Source: a virus (taxonomy: Duplodnaviria > Caudoviricetes). From it: a DNA stretch of 41,051 nucleotides. Positions 16,288 through 26,473 of this stretch are shown here, in pieces. The position numbers and the translations under genes were made by a program. The DNA lies in the IMG/VR virus record IMGVR_UViG_3300032303_002889, positions 1 to 41,051 of that record; one strand, given 5' to 3'. Numbering within the stretch: the stretch's first letter is position 1; every line of letters begins with the position of its first letter. The notes beneath the pieces are model-generated. The model saw nothing but the letters and a program-made list of their open reading frames with translations, searched no databases and was not told where the DNA came from.

Positions 16288-16974
16288 TTATTTAGTTTCT
16301 TCTTCTTGCACTAGCGGAGCTTTGGCTTTCTTTTTATTGTCAGCCTCTTCTTTTTTCTTCTGCTTGTCTAACTCTTTCATTTTCTTTTCCATGGCAGAAT
16401 TCTTGGCTTCAAATCTAGCACCTACATCCTCACGACTCATCCATAGATCCTTACCATCAAGAATAGATTTGATCTCTTCTGTTGTAAGGAATCCCTCATA
16501 GAACGCCTTAATCATGCTCTCAGACCAGCGTCGCTCAAAAGTGATCTGATCATGCATTTCTCCACCTTTCCCAATAACACCACTACGATAGTTGTGAAAC
16601 AAGAAGCTGGCATGCTCTGAGATTTCCCAGCGCTCACAAGACAGGAAAATAAATGTAGCAGCAGAATAACACATACCAGAAACAGATCCCACAATGGTAG
16701 CGTTAGATTCTTCAATAGCATCCACAAGTTGCAATGCAGTATGAACTTGTCCACCCTCTGAATTAATATGAATTGTAATCAGGTCCAATTCACTGGCAGT
16801 TCTAATAAGCTGATACCAATCAGTATACTCTTCTGGTGGACCAATGTCAGAAGACAAATATAAATCAATTTTACGAGCAATAGGCTCAATAAACATTGAG
16901 GGCTTTTGTACAGAATTTCCAATAACAATCATTCCATTATCATCTGGTCCCTGACCAGCGAACTTCTTTTTCAT
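16288..16974 (-). CDS. clpP: ClpP-family serine protease
   Basis: IHINSEGG, GMCYSAATFIF (catalytic Ser), FLFH (His), DLWM (Asp). Confidence 0.9.
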   Translation of the reverse strand: MKKKFAGQGPDDNGMIVIGNSVQKPSMFIEPIARKIDLYLSSDIGPPEEYTDWYQLIRTASELDLITIHINSEGGQVHTALQLVDAIEESNATIVGSVSGMCYSAATFIFLSCERWEISEHASFLFHNYRSGVIGKGGEMHDQITFERRWSESMIKAFYEGFLTTEEIKSILDGKDLWMSREDVGARFEAKNSAMEKKMKELDKQKKKEEADNKKKAKAPLVQEEETK

Positions 16975-17005
16975 TTAAGACCCCTATACCTATTAATATA
17001 ACAAC

Positions 17006-18994
17006 TTATTCAACGTTGTATTGACCTTTCTCTACACGATAACAAATCACACTAGGTTGTTCATCAGACAGGATCTTTTGTACTTCAGGCTTATGTGTAA
17101 TAATAATTACATTATCAAAATCAGATATCTTGGCAATCAAGCTAAATAACTTATAAGAATTAGACTCTGTGGATGCAGAGTCAATTTCATCTAAAATTAG
17201 TACTTTAAGATTGTATGCTTTTGCTAATCCAATTTTAAATGCCGCGTTAATTAAATCTTGCTCAAAACCGCTTGCCATCTTTACTGATGACCAATTGGAT
17301 ACCTCTGTGCTTAGTGCACTTATTGGAGTATAATAAAGGTCCACTCCTTTCTTGGTTTGAATAAGTTTAATTTTTACATCGGCTTTTACTGATTCAATAA
17401 ACTCGTTAATATAATCTTCTAGCAGGCCACAAGTCTTAACAATACTATAATTTACCAGGTCAACTGTTAGGATATTCATGGCAGCTTCATTAGAATTTAT
17501 ATCCATGTTTGCTTTATTAATTTTTTTAACGATGTCATCAATCTTGATAACATTTTCTTTTTCATCCAAAACCAATTGATGATTATTCTCTTCAATTGTC
17601 TTGTTCTGACCCAATAAGATATCTCTTTCAGATAATATCTTTTCCAGCTTTTGTATAGCGGTTTCTTTCTCTTGAATAGAATTAGAATTAAAAGACTCAG
17701 GAATGACTGGTAAATCTTTTTCCATCTCGTTGATGTCGGCTCTAAGGTTGTTGATTGTTTCATTGTTAGTTTGAATTGCATATGAAGAAAACTTCTTATT
17801 TTGAATGGCTTCAGATATTTTATTATCATATACACGCTTTGCCTGTTCTTCGTTTGATAATTTTATTTTAAGGTTTTTAAGATTGTCTTGCGTTTTAGTT
17901 ATACTGTTTTCTTCCAGTGACAAATCTTTTCTTAGTGTGGTTAGATCAGCTTCCATTTGATTTACTTTATTTTCCCAAGCAATGTTCTCTGCTTGATCAA
18001 GTGGCCGATGACATCTTACACACATTCCATCTAGATGATCTTGTTCATGTTCTTTTTCATGCTTTAAAGAGGTTAGCTTTTCAGCTATGGCCATTTTAAT
18101 ATTAACTGTATTTGTGCTGTGCTCTGATATGTTTTGTGATAGGACCAGGATGTGATCTTCAAGCTCTTTGATTGACCAGGTATTTTTTGATTTAAGATTA
18201 GGATCATTTTCTATGCTATCAATTTTGGATTGATGTTTTTTATTATCCTCAATAAGGCCATCTAATTGAACACGATTTCTTTTAAGACGTATATATGTTT
18301 CTTGTACTGACTTATAACTTTTTAAGATATTAAGCTCTTCTCTATTCTTAGAGATAAGATCCTTTAAACGAGATACTTCTTTATCTGGTATAATATCAAA
18401 TGAAGATTTCTTAATAAATTTCTTATTTTTAAGTTGATTTAATTCAGTATTGTAAGATGATACTTCGCTAGAGAGTGTGTTAATGTTATTTTGAATAATT
18501 TTAGATTCATCTTCAAAAGTAATGTTAAACATATTCTTAAAAAGATCACGTCTTTGTGATGGAGATAGTTTACTTATGTTGCTGTCTTCTTTTTGCATTG
18601 AAAACATAACGTTCTCTATTACGGATAGATCTACATTCTCTTGTAAGAATGTTTTAATCTCAGAGTTGACATACTCTTTTTCTTGATATGTCATTTTTCT
18701 TTCAAGTGGAAGTTTTTTTTCTGATGAATTTATGTTAATATCAAATACAACTGCGGAGCCTTTAAATGTGGCCTCAAGATGTAAGATGGCCTGTTCGCAG
18801 CCGTATCGCACATATTCTTTATATGAGTCAGCTCGCTTGTTTTCAAATAAAATAAGAGCAAGCGCATCCAACATGGCAGATTTTCCAGCGCCATTGTCAC
18901 CAATAATAACATGAAACGATGCTTCTTTAAAGTCAAATTCCACTGATTCAATAATCATGAAATTTTTAATAGACAGCTTTTGCAGAGTAATCAT
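17006..18994 (-). CDS. sbcC: SbcC/Rad50/gp46-like recombination ATPase
   Basis: Walker A GDNGAGKS, coiled coil with CVRC zinc hook, signature ASGFE, Walker B LILDE, IITH. Confidence 0.93.
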   Translation of the reverse strand: MITLQKLSIKNFMIIESVEFDFKEASFHVIIGDNGAGKSAMLDALALILFENKRADSYKEYVRYGCEQAILHLEATFKGSAVVFDININSSEKKLPLERKMTYQEKEYVNSEIKTFLQENVDLSVIENVMFSMQKEDSNISKLSPSQRRDLFKNMFNITFEDESKIIQNNINTLSSEVSSYNTELNQLKNKKFIKKSSFDIIPDKEVSRLKDLISKNREELNILKSYKSVQETYIRLKRNRVQLDGLIEDNKKHQSKIDSIENDPNLKSKNTWSIKELEDHILVLSQNISEHSTNTVNIKMAIAEKLTSLKHEKEHEQDHLDGMCVRCHRPLDQAENIAWENKVNQMEADLTTLRKDLSLEENSITKTQDNLKNLKIKLSNEEQAKRVYDNKISEAIQNKKFSSYAIQTNNETINNLRADINEMEKDLPVIPESFNSNSIQEKETAIQKLEKILSERDILLGQNKTIEENNHQLVLDEKENVIKIDDIVKKINKANMDINSNEAAMNILTVDLVNYSIVKTCGLLEDYINEFIESVKADVKIKLIQTKKGVDLYYTPISALSTEVSNWSSVKMASGFEQDLINAAFKIGLAKAYNLKVLILDEIDSASTESNSYKLFSLIAKISDFDNVIIITHKPEVQKILSDEQPSVICYRVEKGQYNVE

Positions 18995-19021
18995 GTAAAG
19001 AAATATAACAAATTATTTAAA

Positions 19022-19588
19022 CTATTCTTCAATACTTGCGTTTACAGTAATGATACGATCAGCAAGGTTATTTTTTCCGGCCCAATCTTTTACAATGTTA
19101 AGATTCTTTTCATCATCATCAATAAAATATATCTCATCATAAAAATCTGACAGGTATTGTATGACATTAAGCTTTCTTTCAGGAATGGAATTTCCACGAG
19201 CATTGTGCTTGGGGTCATTGATTGCAAATACCAGATCTCTAGAAACTTTTGGAAGAAAGTGATCTTCTAAGAATATATTCATTGCTTGAAACATTTCTTC
19301 TTCTTTTGATCGTGCTGTTAATAAACCGACATCAATGTCATTTTCATCATGAGTTTCCAGTATCTGATTAAGGATAGCAAGACCAAAAGCTGGTGGTGCA
19401 TTCTTAAGATTCTTAATATGTTCTGGATCATTGAACTCTGTGAAATCATACTCTTCATCTGGTCCTATTTTACGTTTGGCAAACTGCTCAGTATCCAGTC
19501 GGTCAATAACCTCACCACCTCTTTTAACAAGAATGCGATCAGGCGATTTGAGAAGTGTATCATCAATATCAAACAAGAACAATGTCAT
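19022..19588 (-). CDS. HAD-superfamily phosphatase
   Basis: FDIDDT, LTAR, conserved K, FIDD motifs. Confidence 0.85.
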   Translation of the reverse strand: MTLFLFDIDDTLLKSPDRILVKRGGEVIDRLDTEQFAKRKIGPDEEYDFTEFNDPEHIKNLKNAPPAFGLAILNQILETHDENDIDVGLLTARSKEEEMFQAMNIFLEDHFLPKVSRDLVFAINDPKHNARGNSIPERKLNVIQYLSDFYDEIYFIDDDEKNLNIVKDWAGKNNLADRIITVNASIEE

Positions 19589-19762
19589 AGCTAATTAGTT
19601 AATTCTTGGAACTCGTTCTAAGAAATAAATATTTTATAATATTCTAATATTGATATTATATTACTGCCATTATTAAGCAGTATGCAGTCTGCTCAATACT
19701 AGCAATCTGTAGAATAATAAAGGTGGCTGGTTATATATTGATAGCGAGGGTATAAGCAACGT

Positions 19763-20890
19763 ATGTCAACACAATTTTCGATTAAGTATCGTCCTAAAGT
19801 CTTGTCTGAGGTCTTTGGTCAAGAGCCTATTGTTAAGGAGCTTAAGAATCGTACACTAAAGAACGTATGGCCAAATGCCATCTTATTTTATGGACGATAC
19901 GGCACTGGTAAAACCACAATGGCTCAAATTGTGGCCATGAATGCCAACTGCAAACATACAGATGATCAAGGAAACGCCTGTCAAAAGTGTGCATCATGTG
20001 TGTCTATTATGACAGAGCAGTTTAGTCGTGATACTCAGGTCTTGGACGGATCACTTATTGGTGGCAAAGGAGACATGACTGATTTTCTTTCCAACATAAA
20101 TTCTCCTCCACTATATGATCCAAGGCGTATCATGATCATTGAGGAAGCAGATCAGTTATCCAAGAGTGCAATAAATGCTCTTCATAAGGTTTTGGAAAAG
20201 CCTAGAGATAACATTTTATTTATTCTGTTATCCATGATATCCAATGGCGTTCCTGCATCAATTGCATCGCGATGCCAGAAATATTCACTAAAAGATTCTT
20301 CAATAAAAGACATCATGTTCTATCTCAAATCTCTTCTTGAAAAAGAAAGTTTATGGAATGATTCATCTATACCAGATGAGTTTAAAACCAAAGGATTGGC
20401 ATGTATTGCTGAAGGATCTAACGGATCGCTACGTGAGGCTGTTCAACATTTTGAAAAGTGTCTTATGGGAGAGTATTATACAGTTGAAGAGATTCAAACC
20501 AATCTTAACCTATTAACTGAAGACATATCCATAAACATGGTTGAAGACCTTCTTGAATTGCGTATGGATAAGATCTTTCGTAAGCTAGACGAAATGGATC
20601 CATATGACTTTATAAACTTTGTAGGAGCTATTGTTTCTAATATTTTTGCATTACTTACAAGTGGTTATAGCAAGCAATCTTATTATGCTGCAAAGAATAT
20701 GGCAATTGGACGTCATAAGAATTTTCTTCAGTTGACTGCAACTTTTGATGAGTTGTTTAAACAGAGTAAGCCTTTTATTAGAAAGTCAGAAGTGTTTTAT
20801 ATTTTTTCCAAGTATGCTCATGAGCTAAAGAAAACTCCTGATGGTGTAAGTGAAGCAGCACAACAAATGAGAATTAGAGGTATAAGATGA
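19763..20890 (+). CDS. dnaX: DNA polymerase III gamma/tau-like clamp loader subunit
   Basis: KYRP....VFGQ, GRYGTGKTT, Zn cluster C...C..C..C, IIEEAD.LS..A.NAL.K.LE.P, IASRC, GSLR.A. Confidence 0.92.
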   Translation: MSTQFSIKYRPKVLSEVFGQEPIVKELKNRTLKNVWPNAILFYGRYGTGKTTMAQIVAMNANCKHTDDQGNACQKCASCVSIMTEQFSRDTQVLDGSLIGGKGDMTDFLSNINSPPLYDPRRIMIIEEADQLSKSAINALHKVLEKPRDNILFILLSMISNGVPASIASRCQKYSLKDSSIKDIMFYLKSLLEKESLWNDSSIPDEFKTKGLACIAEGSNGSLREAVQHFEKCLMGEYYTVEEIQTNLNLLTEDISINMVEDLLELRMDKIFRKLDEMDPYDFINFVGAIVSNIFALLTSGYSKQSYYAAKNMAIGRHKNFLQLTATFDELFKQSKPFIRKSEVFYIFSKYAHELKKTPDGVSEAAQQMRIRGIR

Positions 20891-21162
20891 TTAAAGGAAA
20901 GAACGCTTTAAAGAAAGAAGCAGAAGAGGATATTTTAAAAAAGCCAAGATCATTAAAGGTTCAAGCTCTTGAAAGCATATTAACCACATATGGCGGGCGA
21001 TTATATGGAAAGATGTCTCTTGATCAAATCAAAGAAGGGTGTAAAGGAATTATTTTAGCGCGTTTAAAGAAAGAAGACTGTGTTGAATTGATTGCATCTA
21101 TTTATACACATAAAACAATTGAATCTCTTTTTTCTTGGGTAACTGAAGAGATGTTTAAGTGA
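20887..21162 (+). CDS. Hypothetical protein
   Basis: 91-aa ORF coupled to both neighbours. Confidence 0.75.
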   Translation: MIKGKNALKKEAEEDILKKPRSLKVQALESILTTYGGRLYGKMSLDQIKEGCKGIILARLKKEDCVELIASIYTHKTIESLFSWVTEEMFK

Positions 21163-21887
21163 ATCATGAGCAATATGTAATAACTGCTCTTTCAGCAAAC
21201 CATTTCCTAATGGTTAATAAAAATATGCTAAAACATCTCAATGGTGATAGCACCGCAGTTATTATACTTACAGAACTCATACTCAAGCATCAGTTCTATA
21301 AACATAATCATCAGCTTGATAGCGATGGATACTTTTTTTGCACATTAAAAACTCTAGAAGATAGCCTAGGAATAAAAAGAGGAGCTCAAGATCATGCGCT
21401 AAAGCATCTAATAGATAAAGAATTAATTTACATTATTAATAAAGGATTTCCAAAGAAGCGTTACTTTGAAATTCAATACTCAAAGTTATATGAGGTTTTG
21501 GATGCAGAGAACATTCGAACTGAGAAAACTCGAGATGAATTCTTTAGCGCGCTAAATGGATCTAAAACATTTACTGAGTGGGTAAAGAATAAACAAAATA
21601 TTCAATTACATGTGGCCAAGGCCATGTGGATATTAAAGATAAAAACCAGAATAATATATACCTCTCGTGATTTTGGTATGTTGAAGTATTATTTGTTTGC
21701 TCGTTTTAAAGGAAAGGCATGGGACTATTCAACTTTTAATTCTGCCACATTTAAACCAGGAATGAACATAGCTTCAATAATTGATCAATTAAGATGCTTG
21801 GAAACTGACACCAATCTTGAGCATATACAAAAGAAGAATCTAGAAATGGACGTGTTATATTTTAACGAAGAGGAAATTAATGTCTAA
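21159..21887 (+). CDS. Winged-HTH protein, replication initiator/replisome organiser-like
   Basis: DGYFFCT...LE..LG.....Q..ALK.L....LI.....G.P.KRYF pattern of Rep N-terminal wHTH domains. Confidence 0.65.
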   Translation: MNHEQYVITALSANHFLMVNKNMLKHLNGDSTAVIILTELILKHQFYKHNHQLDSDGYFFCTLKTLEDSLGIKRGAQDHALKHLIDKELIYIINKGFPKKRYFEIQYSKLYEVLDAENIRTEKTRDEFFSALNGSKTFTEWVKNKQNIQLHVAKAMWILKIKTRIIYTSRDFGMLKYYLFARFKGKAWDYSTFNSATFKPGMNIASIIDQLRCLETDTNLEHIQKKNLEMDVLYFNEEEINV

Positions 21888-22188
21888 GAGAAACCGAGTT
21901 CCTAAAGATGTATACATAAAGCATCTGTTTGAAATGCAACAGCTATTGTTGGGCTTTTATATTGATAAGTATGGAGTTCCAGATCCTCAAACAACTGAGG
22001 ATGAACAAGCCAAGAAACTTGCTACAGGAATTCATAAGCTGTTAAATGAGTCAGCACATTTGGCAATTAAATTAGGACTAGTAAAGCGATCAACGATTCA
22101 AGAAGAACAAGGAGAGATTGATGAATCAAACAATGAAATACAAGAAGATACTACAAGTAAAGAGCCCACAGCGAGCGAATCCAACTGA
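21880..22188 (+). CDS. Hypothetical protein
   Basis: 102-aa ORF, SD GAGG. Confidence 0.7.
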   Translation: MSKRNRVPKDVYIKHLFEMQQLLLGFYIDKYGVPDPQTTEDEQAKKLATGIHKLLNESAHLAIKLGLVKRSTIQEEQGEIDESNNEIQEDTTSKEPTASESN

Positions 22189-22636
22189 TGCTGGCATAGA
22201 TTTCTTTATGCCAGATTATACACCAGAATTTGTAGAGCAAGTTCTTGAAAAGAATAAAGAACTAGCGTATGGTCCTCATGGTTTGGTCTTAAAACAAGGA
22301 GAAAGATGCCTTATACCATCTGGTATTAAAGTAGATGTTCCTGCTGGTCACATGCTATGTGCATTTAACAAAAGTGGAGTTGCAGTAAAGAAAGGGTTAG
22401 ATGTAGGAGCCTGTGTGGTTGACGTAGGATACCAAGGACAATTACATATTAGCTTAAATAACCCAAGTAAAAGTGTAGCGTTAATTGAACATGGAGAAAA
22501 GATAATTCAATTTGTTCTACTACCTGTTAATTTTGCAAATCTAGAAGAAGTTTATACAGAAGAACAACTGTATCCTGTGAAGTCATCACGTGGTGATGGT
22601 GGTTTTGGAAGTACAAATATGGCGGTAAATGTATAA
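22121..22636 (+). CDS. dut: Trimeric dUTPase
   Basis: DAGIDF, KSG, VVD.GY.G, KI.Q and RGDGGFGST (motifs I-V). Confidence 0.95.
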   Translation: MNQTMKYKKILQVKSPQRANPTDAGIDFFMPDYTPEFVEQVLEKNKELAYGPHGLVLKQGERCLIPSGIKVDVPAGHMLCAFNKSGVAVKKGLDVGACVVDVGYQGQLHISLNNPSKSVALIEHGEKIIQFVLLPVNFANLEEVYTEEQLYPVKSSRGDGGFGSTNMAVNV

Positions 22637-22640
22637 TTGG

Positions 22641-22683
22641 TTTGCTACATTTCCATACTAATTAAATATGGAGATGTTGCAAA
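22641..22683 (+). promoter_or_regulatory. RBS-sequestering hairpin with candidate late promoter ACTAATTA in its loop
   Basis: Arms 22641-22657 and 22667-22683 pair at 16 of 17 positions; the right arm contains GGAG and ends at the ATG. Confidence 0.8.
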
Positions 22684-23589
22684 ATGTTAGATAAAAAAGC
22701 ATGCGTATATGTAATTATTAGAAAAGGAACAAATAGAGCATATGTTGGAAAACATGTTCTTCATGAAAAAGAGAATCATGATAAATATTTTGGATCTGGT
22801 AACCTTATAAAAGCTGCTATTAAGAAATATGGAAAAGATTCTTTTATAAAAAATATACTAGAAATATGTGATTCTGAAGATATTGCTTATGAACAAGAGC
22901 GCAACTTTTGGATTCCACTTTATGTTAGCTTGGGTTACGAATTATACAATCAAGCTCCAGGAGGAGAAGGGTTTACCTCAGAGTATGCTAAAAAAGTTTC
23001 TAATGAATACTACTTTTCTTTATCTGATGAGGATAGATCTTTACTTTATGAAAAAAGAGCTGCAGCTATTAGAAGACCTGAAGTATTAAAAAAAATGTCT
23101 GATTCTCAAAAAATAGCTCAAAGTAAAAATAATCCAAAAAGAACTCCTGATTTTTTAAATCAAAAGTATGCATTTACTCAAACAAAAGATTTTTCAAATA
23201 AAAGAAAAGAAGCTACTTTAGGATCAAATAATCCAATGTTTGGAAGATCTGTATATGATGTTTGGGTAGAAAAATATGGTATAGAAGAAGCTGATATTAG
23301 GATTAAAGCTCAATCTGAAAAAAGAATAGAAACATGGACAGAAGACCTTAGAAAAAAAACCGGTGAAGTTAGAAATGCTACAAGAGAAAGACAAAAAACA
23401 TTGAACTCATACAAAAATTTAACCTCTGCAATGCAAAAACCTACTTCATTAAAAAGAAGATTAAACAATGGAACAATATCAAAAGAGGATTTTGAAATTC
23501 AATATGCTGAAGCAAAGGTAAATTTAGAAAAAGTATATGTTATATTTAAAGAAGAGGAAAAAATAAAATATGGCGATGTCATCATTTGA
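22684..23589 (+). mobile_element. Free-standing GIY-YIG homing endonuclease (Seg-like)
   Basis: CVY...AYVGKH, YFGSG..IK.AIKKYG...F, E, LYN...GGEG, NUMOD-like G..NPMFG; very AT-rich. Confidence 0.88.
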
Positions 23590-24646
23590 AAAAAGTTTAG
23601 GAAAAGTTATTAAGGAATATAAGGATAGTTTTGCGGACATTGATTCTTCTGGTTCAATTAATTATTTAAAACTAAGATCTCCAGCGCTTAATTATGCTTT
23701 TGGAGGAAAAGGTTTAGCCTTAGGAAGAATAACAGAATTAAGTGCACAAGAGTCTCATGGTAAAACAACTTTGGCTACTCTTTTAGCAGTAGAAATACAA
23801 AATAGGCCTAAAAAAAATGTAGTGTTATATGTAGATTTTGAATATTCTTTAGATTTAGACCACGCTAGATCTTTAGGATTAGATACTTCAGACGCGACTA
23901 AAGACCCAAATAATGGAAAATTTATTTTTCTTCGTCCAACTGTAGCAGAACATACTTTTGAAATAATTAAAGAATTAGTTTCTTCTGGAGAAATTGGATT
24001 GATTATTTGGGATAGCGTTGTTACTTCTCCAACTCACTCTATGGTTGAAAATGATGTAGGAAAATCAACATTTGGTGGAATTGCTCGCTTGTTTTCAGAA
24101 GGTCTTAGAATAATTAACCCTTGGTTAGTTCGTACAGAAACTCCTTTGATTCTTATAAATCAATTAAGAGCTAACATGAAAATGGCTAATATGTTCTCAG
24201 ACCCGTATGCTACATCTGGTGGGATGGCTATTAAATTTTATTGTTCTACTAGGTTTAGGTTAAGCAGAGTAGAAGACATTCTTGAAAATGGTGATATGGT
24301 TGGCATCAAGATAAAGATCAAGAATCAGAAGAACAAAACAGGTATACCTAAGCGTGAATCTGTTTTTAATGTTTTATTCAAAGGAGGTCTTCAAGTTGAT
24401 CCAGAGTATGTTGACCTTGCAACTGAACTCAAGATCATTAAGAAGTCTGGCTCCTGGTACAAGCATGAAGAAACAGCCATGGCTGTTCAAGGCGCTGATG
24501 GTGTTCTGGCTTTCTTTAAAGACAAGCCAGAAGCCTGGCAACAGATCAAGAACACAGTTGATGCGCTCATCGCTCAAAAAAATGATTTGGACGTGGAAAG
24601 AGAGGCCACTGAAGGATCGGGTTTTGATTTAGCTGAAGAAGATTAA
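23570..24646 (+). CDS. recA: RecA/UvsX recombinase
   Basis: GRITEL..QESHGKTT, VDFE..LD, IIWDSV, LINQLR, SGG.A.KFY.S.R, KNK, KSGSWY. Confidence 0.95.
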   Translation: MAMSSFEKSLGKVIKEYKDSFADIDSSGSINYLKLRSPALNYAFGGKGLALGRITELSAQESHGKTTLATLLAVEIQNRPKKNVVLYVDFEYSLDLDHARSLGLDTSDATKDPNNGKFIFLRPTVAEHTFEIIKELVSSGEIGLIIWDSVVTSPTHSMVENDVGKSTFGGIARLFSEGLRIINPWLVRTETPLILINQLRANMKMANMFSDPYATSGGMAIKFYCSTRFRLSRVEDILENGDMVGIKIKIKNQKNKTGIPKRESVFNVLFKGGLQVDPEYVDLATELKIIKKSGSWYKHEETAMAVQGADGVLAFFKDKPEAWQQIKNTVDALIAQKNDLDVEREATEGSGFDLAEED

Positions 24647-26463
24647 CCTGTAACTGGTAAACCAATTGGAAGCACTTTAACTAAACGTATAAGACCAGGT
24701 GTATTTGTATCCCAACTCCATGGCACCTTTGAAGATAATGTCAAAGGTGCATGAGGAACCAAAGCATTTTGTACTCCTATGGTTTTTTTCTTATTAGGCA
24801 TTACACCTTCTTTAAAATCTATGGGTTCTGAAGAAGTTTGTGTAACACTTACTTTTGTTTCAAAGAAAAGCATATTTCCTTGGATTTTATCGTCTGATAC
24901 AATATACACGGTTCCAGTAAAAGAGCTTTGTTTATTAGAATCTATATAAATACTTTTTCTATCTTCAGAAATCTCTTTAATATTAGCCACCAATAATAAC
25001 TGAGATACTGCTTCATCTTCAGCTCTTTTTTGATCTTTATTTTTATTATTTGTATTTTTAGCTTCACACATTAGAAATAAAGTAGAATTTTTTCCTAATA
25101 ATTTGTTATATCTAACCAAACCTATTTGATATCTTGATTTATATAAACCGCTACTAGAAGTATATGTTGTTGTTCTTCCTTTAATATTTCTAACACTTCC
25201 TAATGTAGTATTGATTAGTGCAGTTCTAGTTATTCTATTGGCCTGTCTTGTAGTAAACAAACTTAATATAGCTATAAGTGCAGAATTAATATAGCGATTT
25301 GTAGGCGTTAAGTTAAAATTATAAATAGAATTAAGATTTGTTACTTCACTAGACAATCCATTATAATTTTTAATGTAACTAGAATTATTCATCCAATCAT
25401 AAAGTTTTTTATACACGGCAAAAGGAGATTTAAACAAAGTAAACCAGGCGTCAAACATGGAAATAAATCCAGCTTTAACATACTTATATTCGTAGTCATA
25501 AAACATAATTGAACTAGTATAATTTGAAGCTTTTTGAGTATCAGTAAATAGCGGTAATCCATTACTTAAAACATAAGTACCGGTTGGCACATTACCTGAA
25601 ATTAAACCATTTCCGTAATATACAGTCAAAGTAGCGTTCCAATCACCTGGAACAGGGGAAGTTGGTGGAGGCCCAGCACTACCGGGATGTCCTTCAGTTC
25701 CGGTCCAATAGCTTATATGTACTTTAGCAAAAACTGAAGTAGTTTGATTAAAAATAAAAAAGTCTCCTGTAGGAGGAGACCTATAGCTTGTACTAAATAA
25801 AGTTATACCATTTGAAACTATATTATTATAAAAACTTGATACCGCAGATCCATCTTTAAAATCAGTAAACGCAGTAATCATATTTGTATAGTTAACTGAA
25901 GAAAGAAATGATTGTTCATCATACCATGCTGAAGTTTCTGTTTTTCTTATCCAGGTATTATTAGAAGCATTATAGAAATATCCATTCCATGATCTTGGAA
26001 TTGTGTTACTATCACCATCACTATCTCTTCCAGCCAATGTTTCTATATTTTGATACCTGTCATCGTTATTATATAATATTCTATAATAAGGATAAATACG
26101 AGCTACAGCTTTATTTAAACAATAACTATCATTTTCTAAAACTGCTGCTGTAGTTTGCTCTGCTATTGCTTCAGGAATAAAATCTATATCTATAAGATTA
26201 CGACTACCATCATAATATTTATGAAGTGGTTGTTCTTTTCCATAAAAATCTGGTCTTATTTCTCCACTAATCCAAACAAGTTCTTTTTGATAATTGGATA
26301 TCATTTGATTAATATGATTCCATGCTCCAGAAAGAGATTCATCATCTTTTTCAGCTGATAAAATTTTAGTTAAAAGAGGATCATCTACAAAAAAATCCAA
26401 ATTAGAGTTTTTAAGATTTTTTATTGTGGTTCTTGAAAGGTCTCTTATACTATTTTTTGTCAT
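24643..26463 (-). CDS. Hypothetical, probable virion (baseplate/tail) protein
   Basis: 606 aa, Asn/Ser/Thr/Tyr-rich, last gene of the tail operon. Confidence 0.7.
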   Translation of the reverse strand: MTKNSIRDLSRTTIKNLKNSNLDFFVDDPLLTKILSAEKDDESLSGAWNHINQMISNYQKELVWISGEIRPDFYGKEQPLHKYYDGSRNLIDIDFIPEAIAEQTTAAVLENDSYCLNKAVARIYPYYRILYNNDDRYQNIETLAGRDSDGDSNTIPRSWNGYFYNASNNTWIRKTETSAWYDEQSFLSSVNYTNMITAFTDFKDGSAVSSFYNNIVSNGITLFSTSYRSPPTGDFFIFNQTTSVFAKVHISYWTGTEGHPGSAGPPPTSPVPGDWNATLTVYYGNGLISGNVPTGTYVLSNGLPLFTDTQKASNYTSSIMFYDYEYKYVKAGFISMFDAWFTLFKSPFAVYKKLYDWMNNSSYIKNYNGLSSEVTNLNSIYNFNLTPTNRYINSALIAILSLFTTRQANRITRTALINTTLGSVRNIKGRTTTYTSSSGLYKSRYQIGLVRYNKLLGKNSTLFLMCEAKNTNNKNKDQKRAEDEAVSQLLLVANIKEISEDRKSIYIDSNKQSSFTGTVYIVSDDKIQGNMLFFETKVSVTQTSSEPIDFKEGVMPNKKKTIGVQNALVPHAPLTLSSKVPWSWDTNTPGLIRLVKVLPIGLPVTG

Positions 26464-26473
26464 TTTATTCTCT

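Noticed and set aside
22637-23589. Group I intron housing the GIY-YIG gene
   Set aside because: dut and recA are both complete and there is no room for intron core elements; the endonuclease is free-standing.
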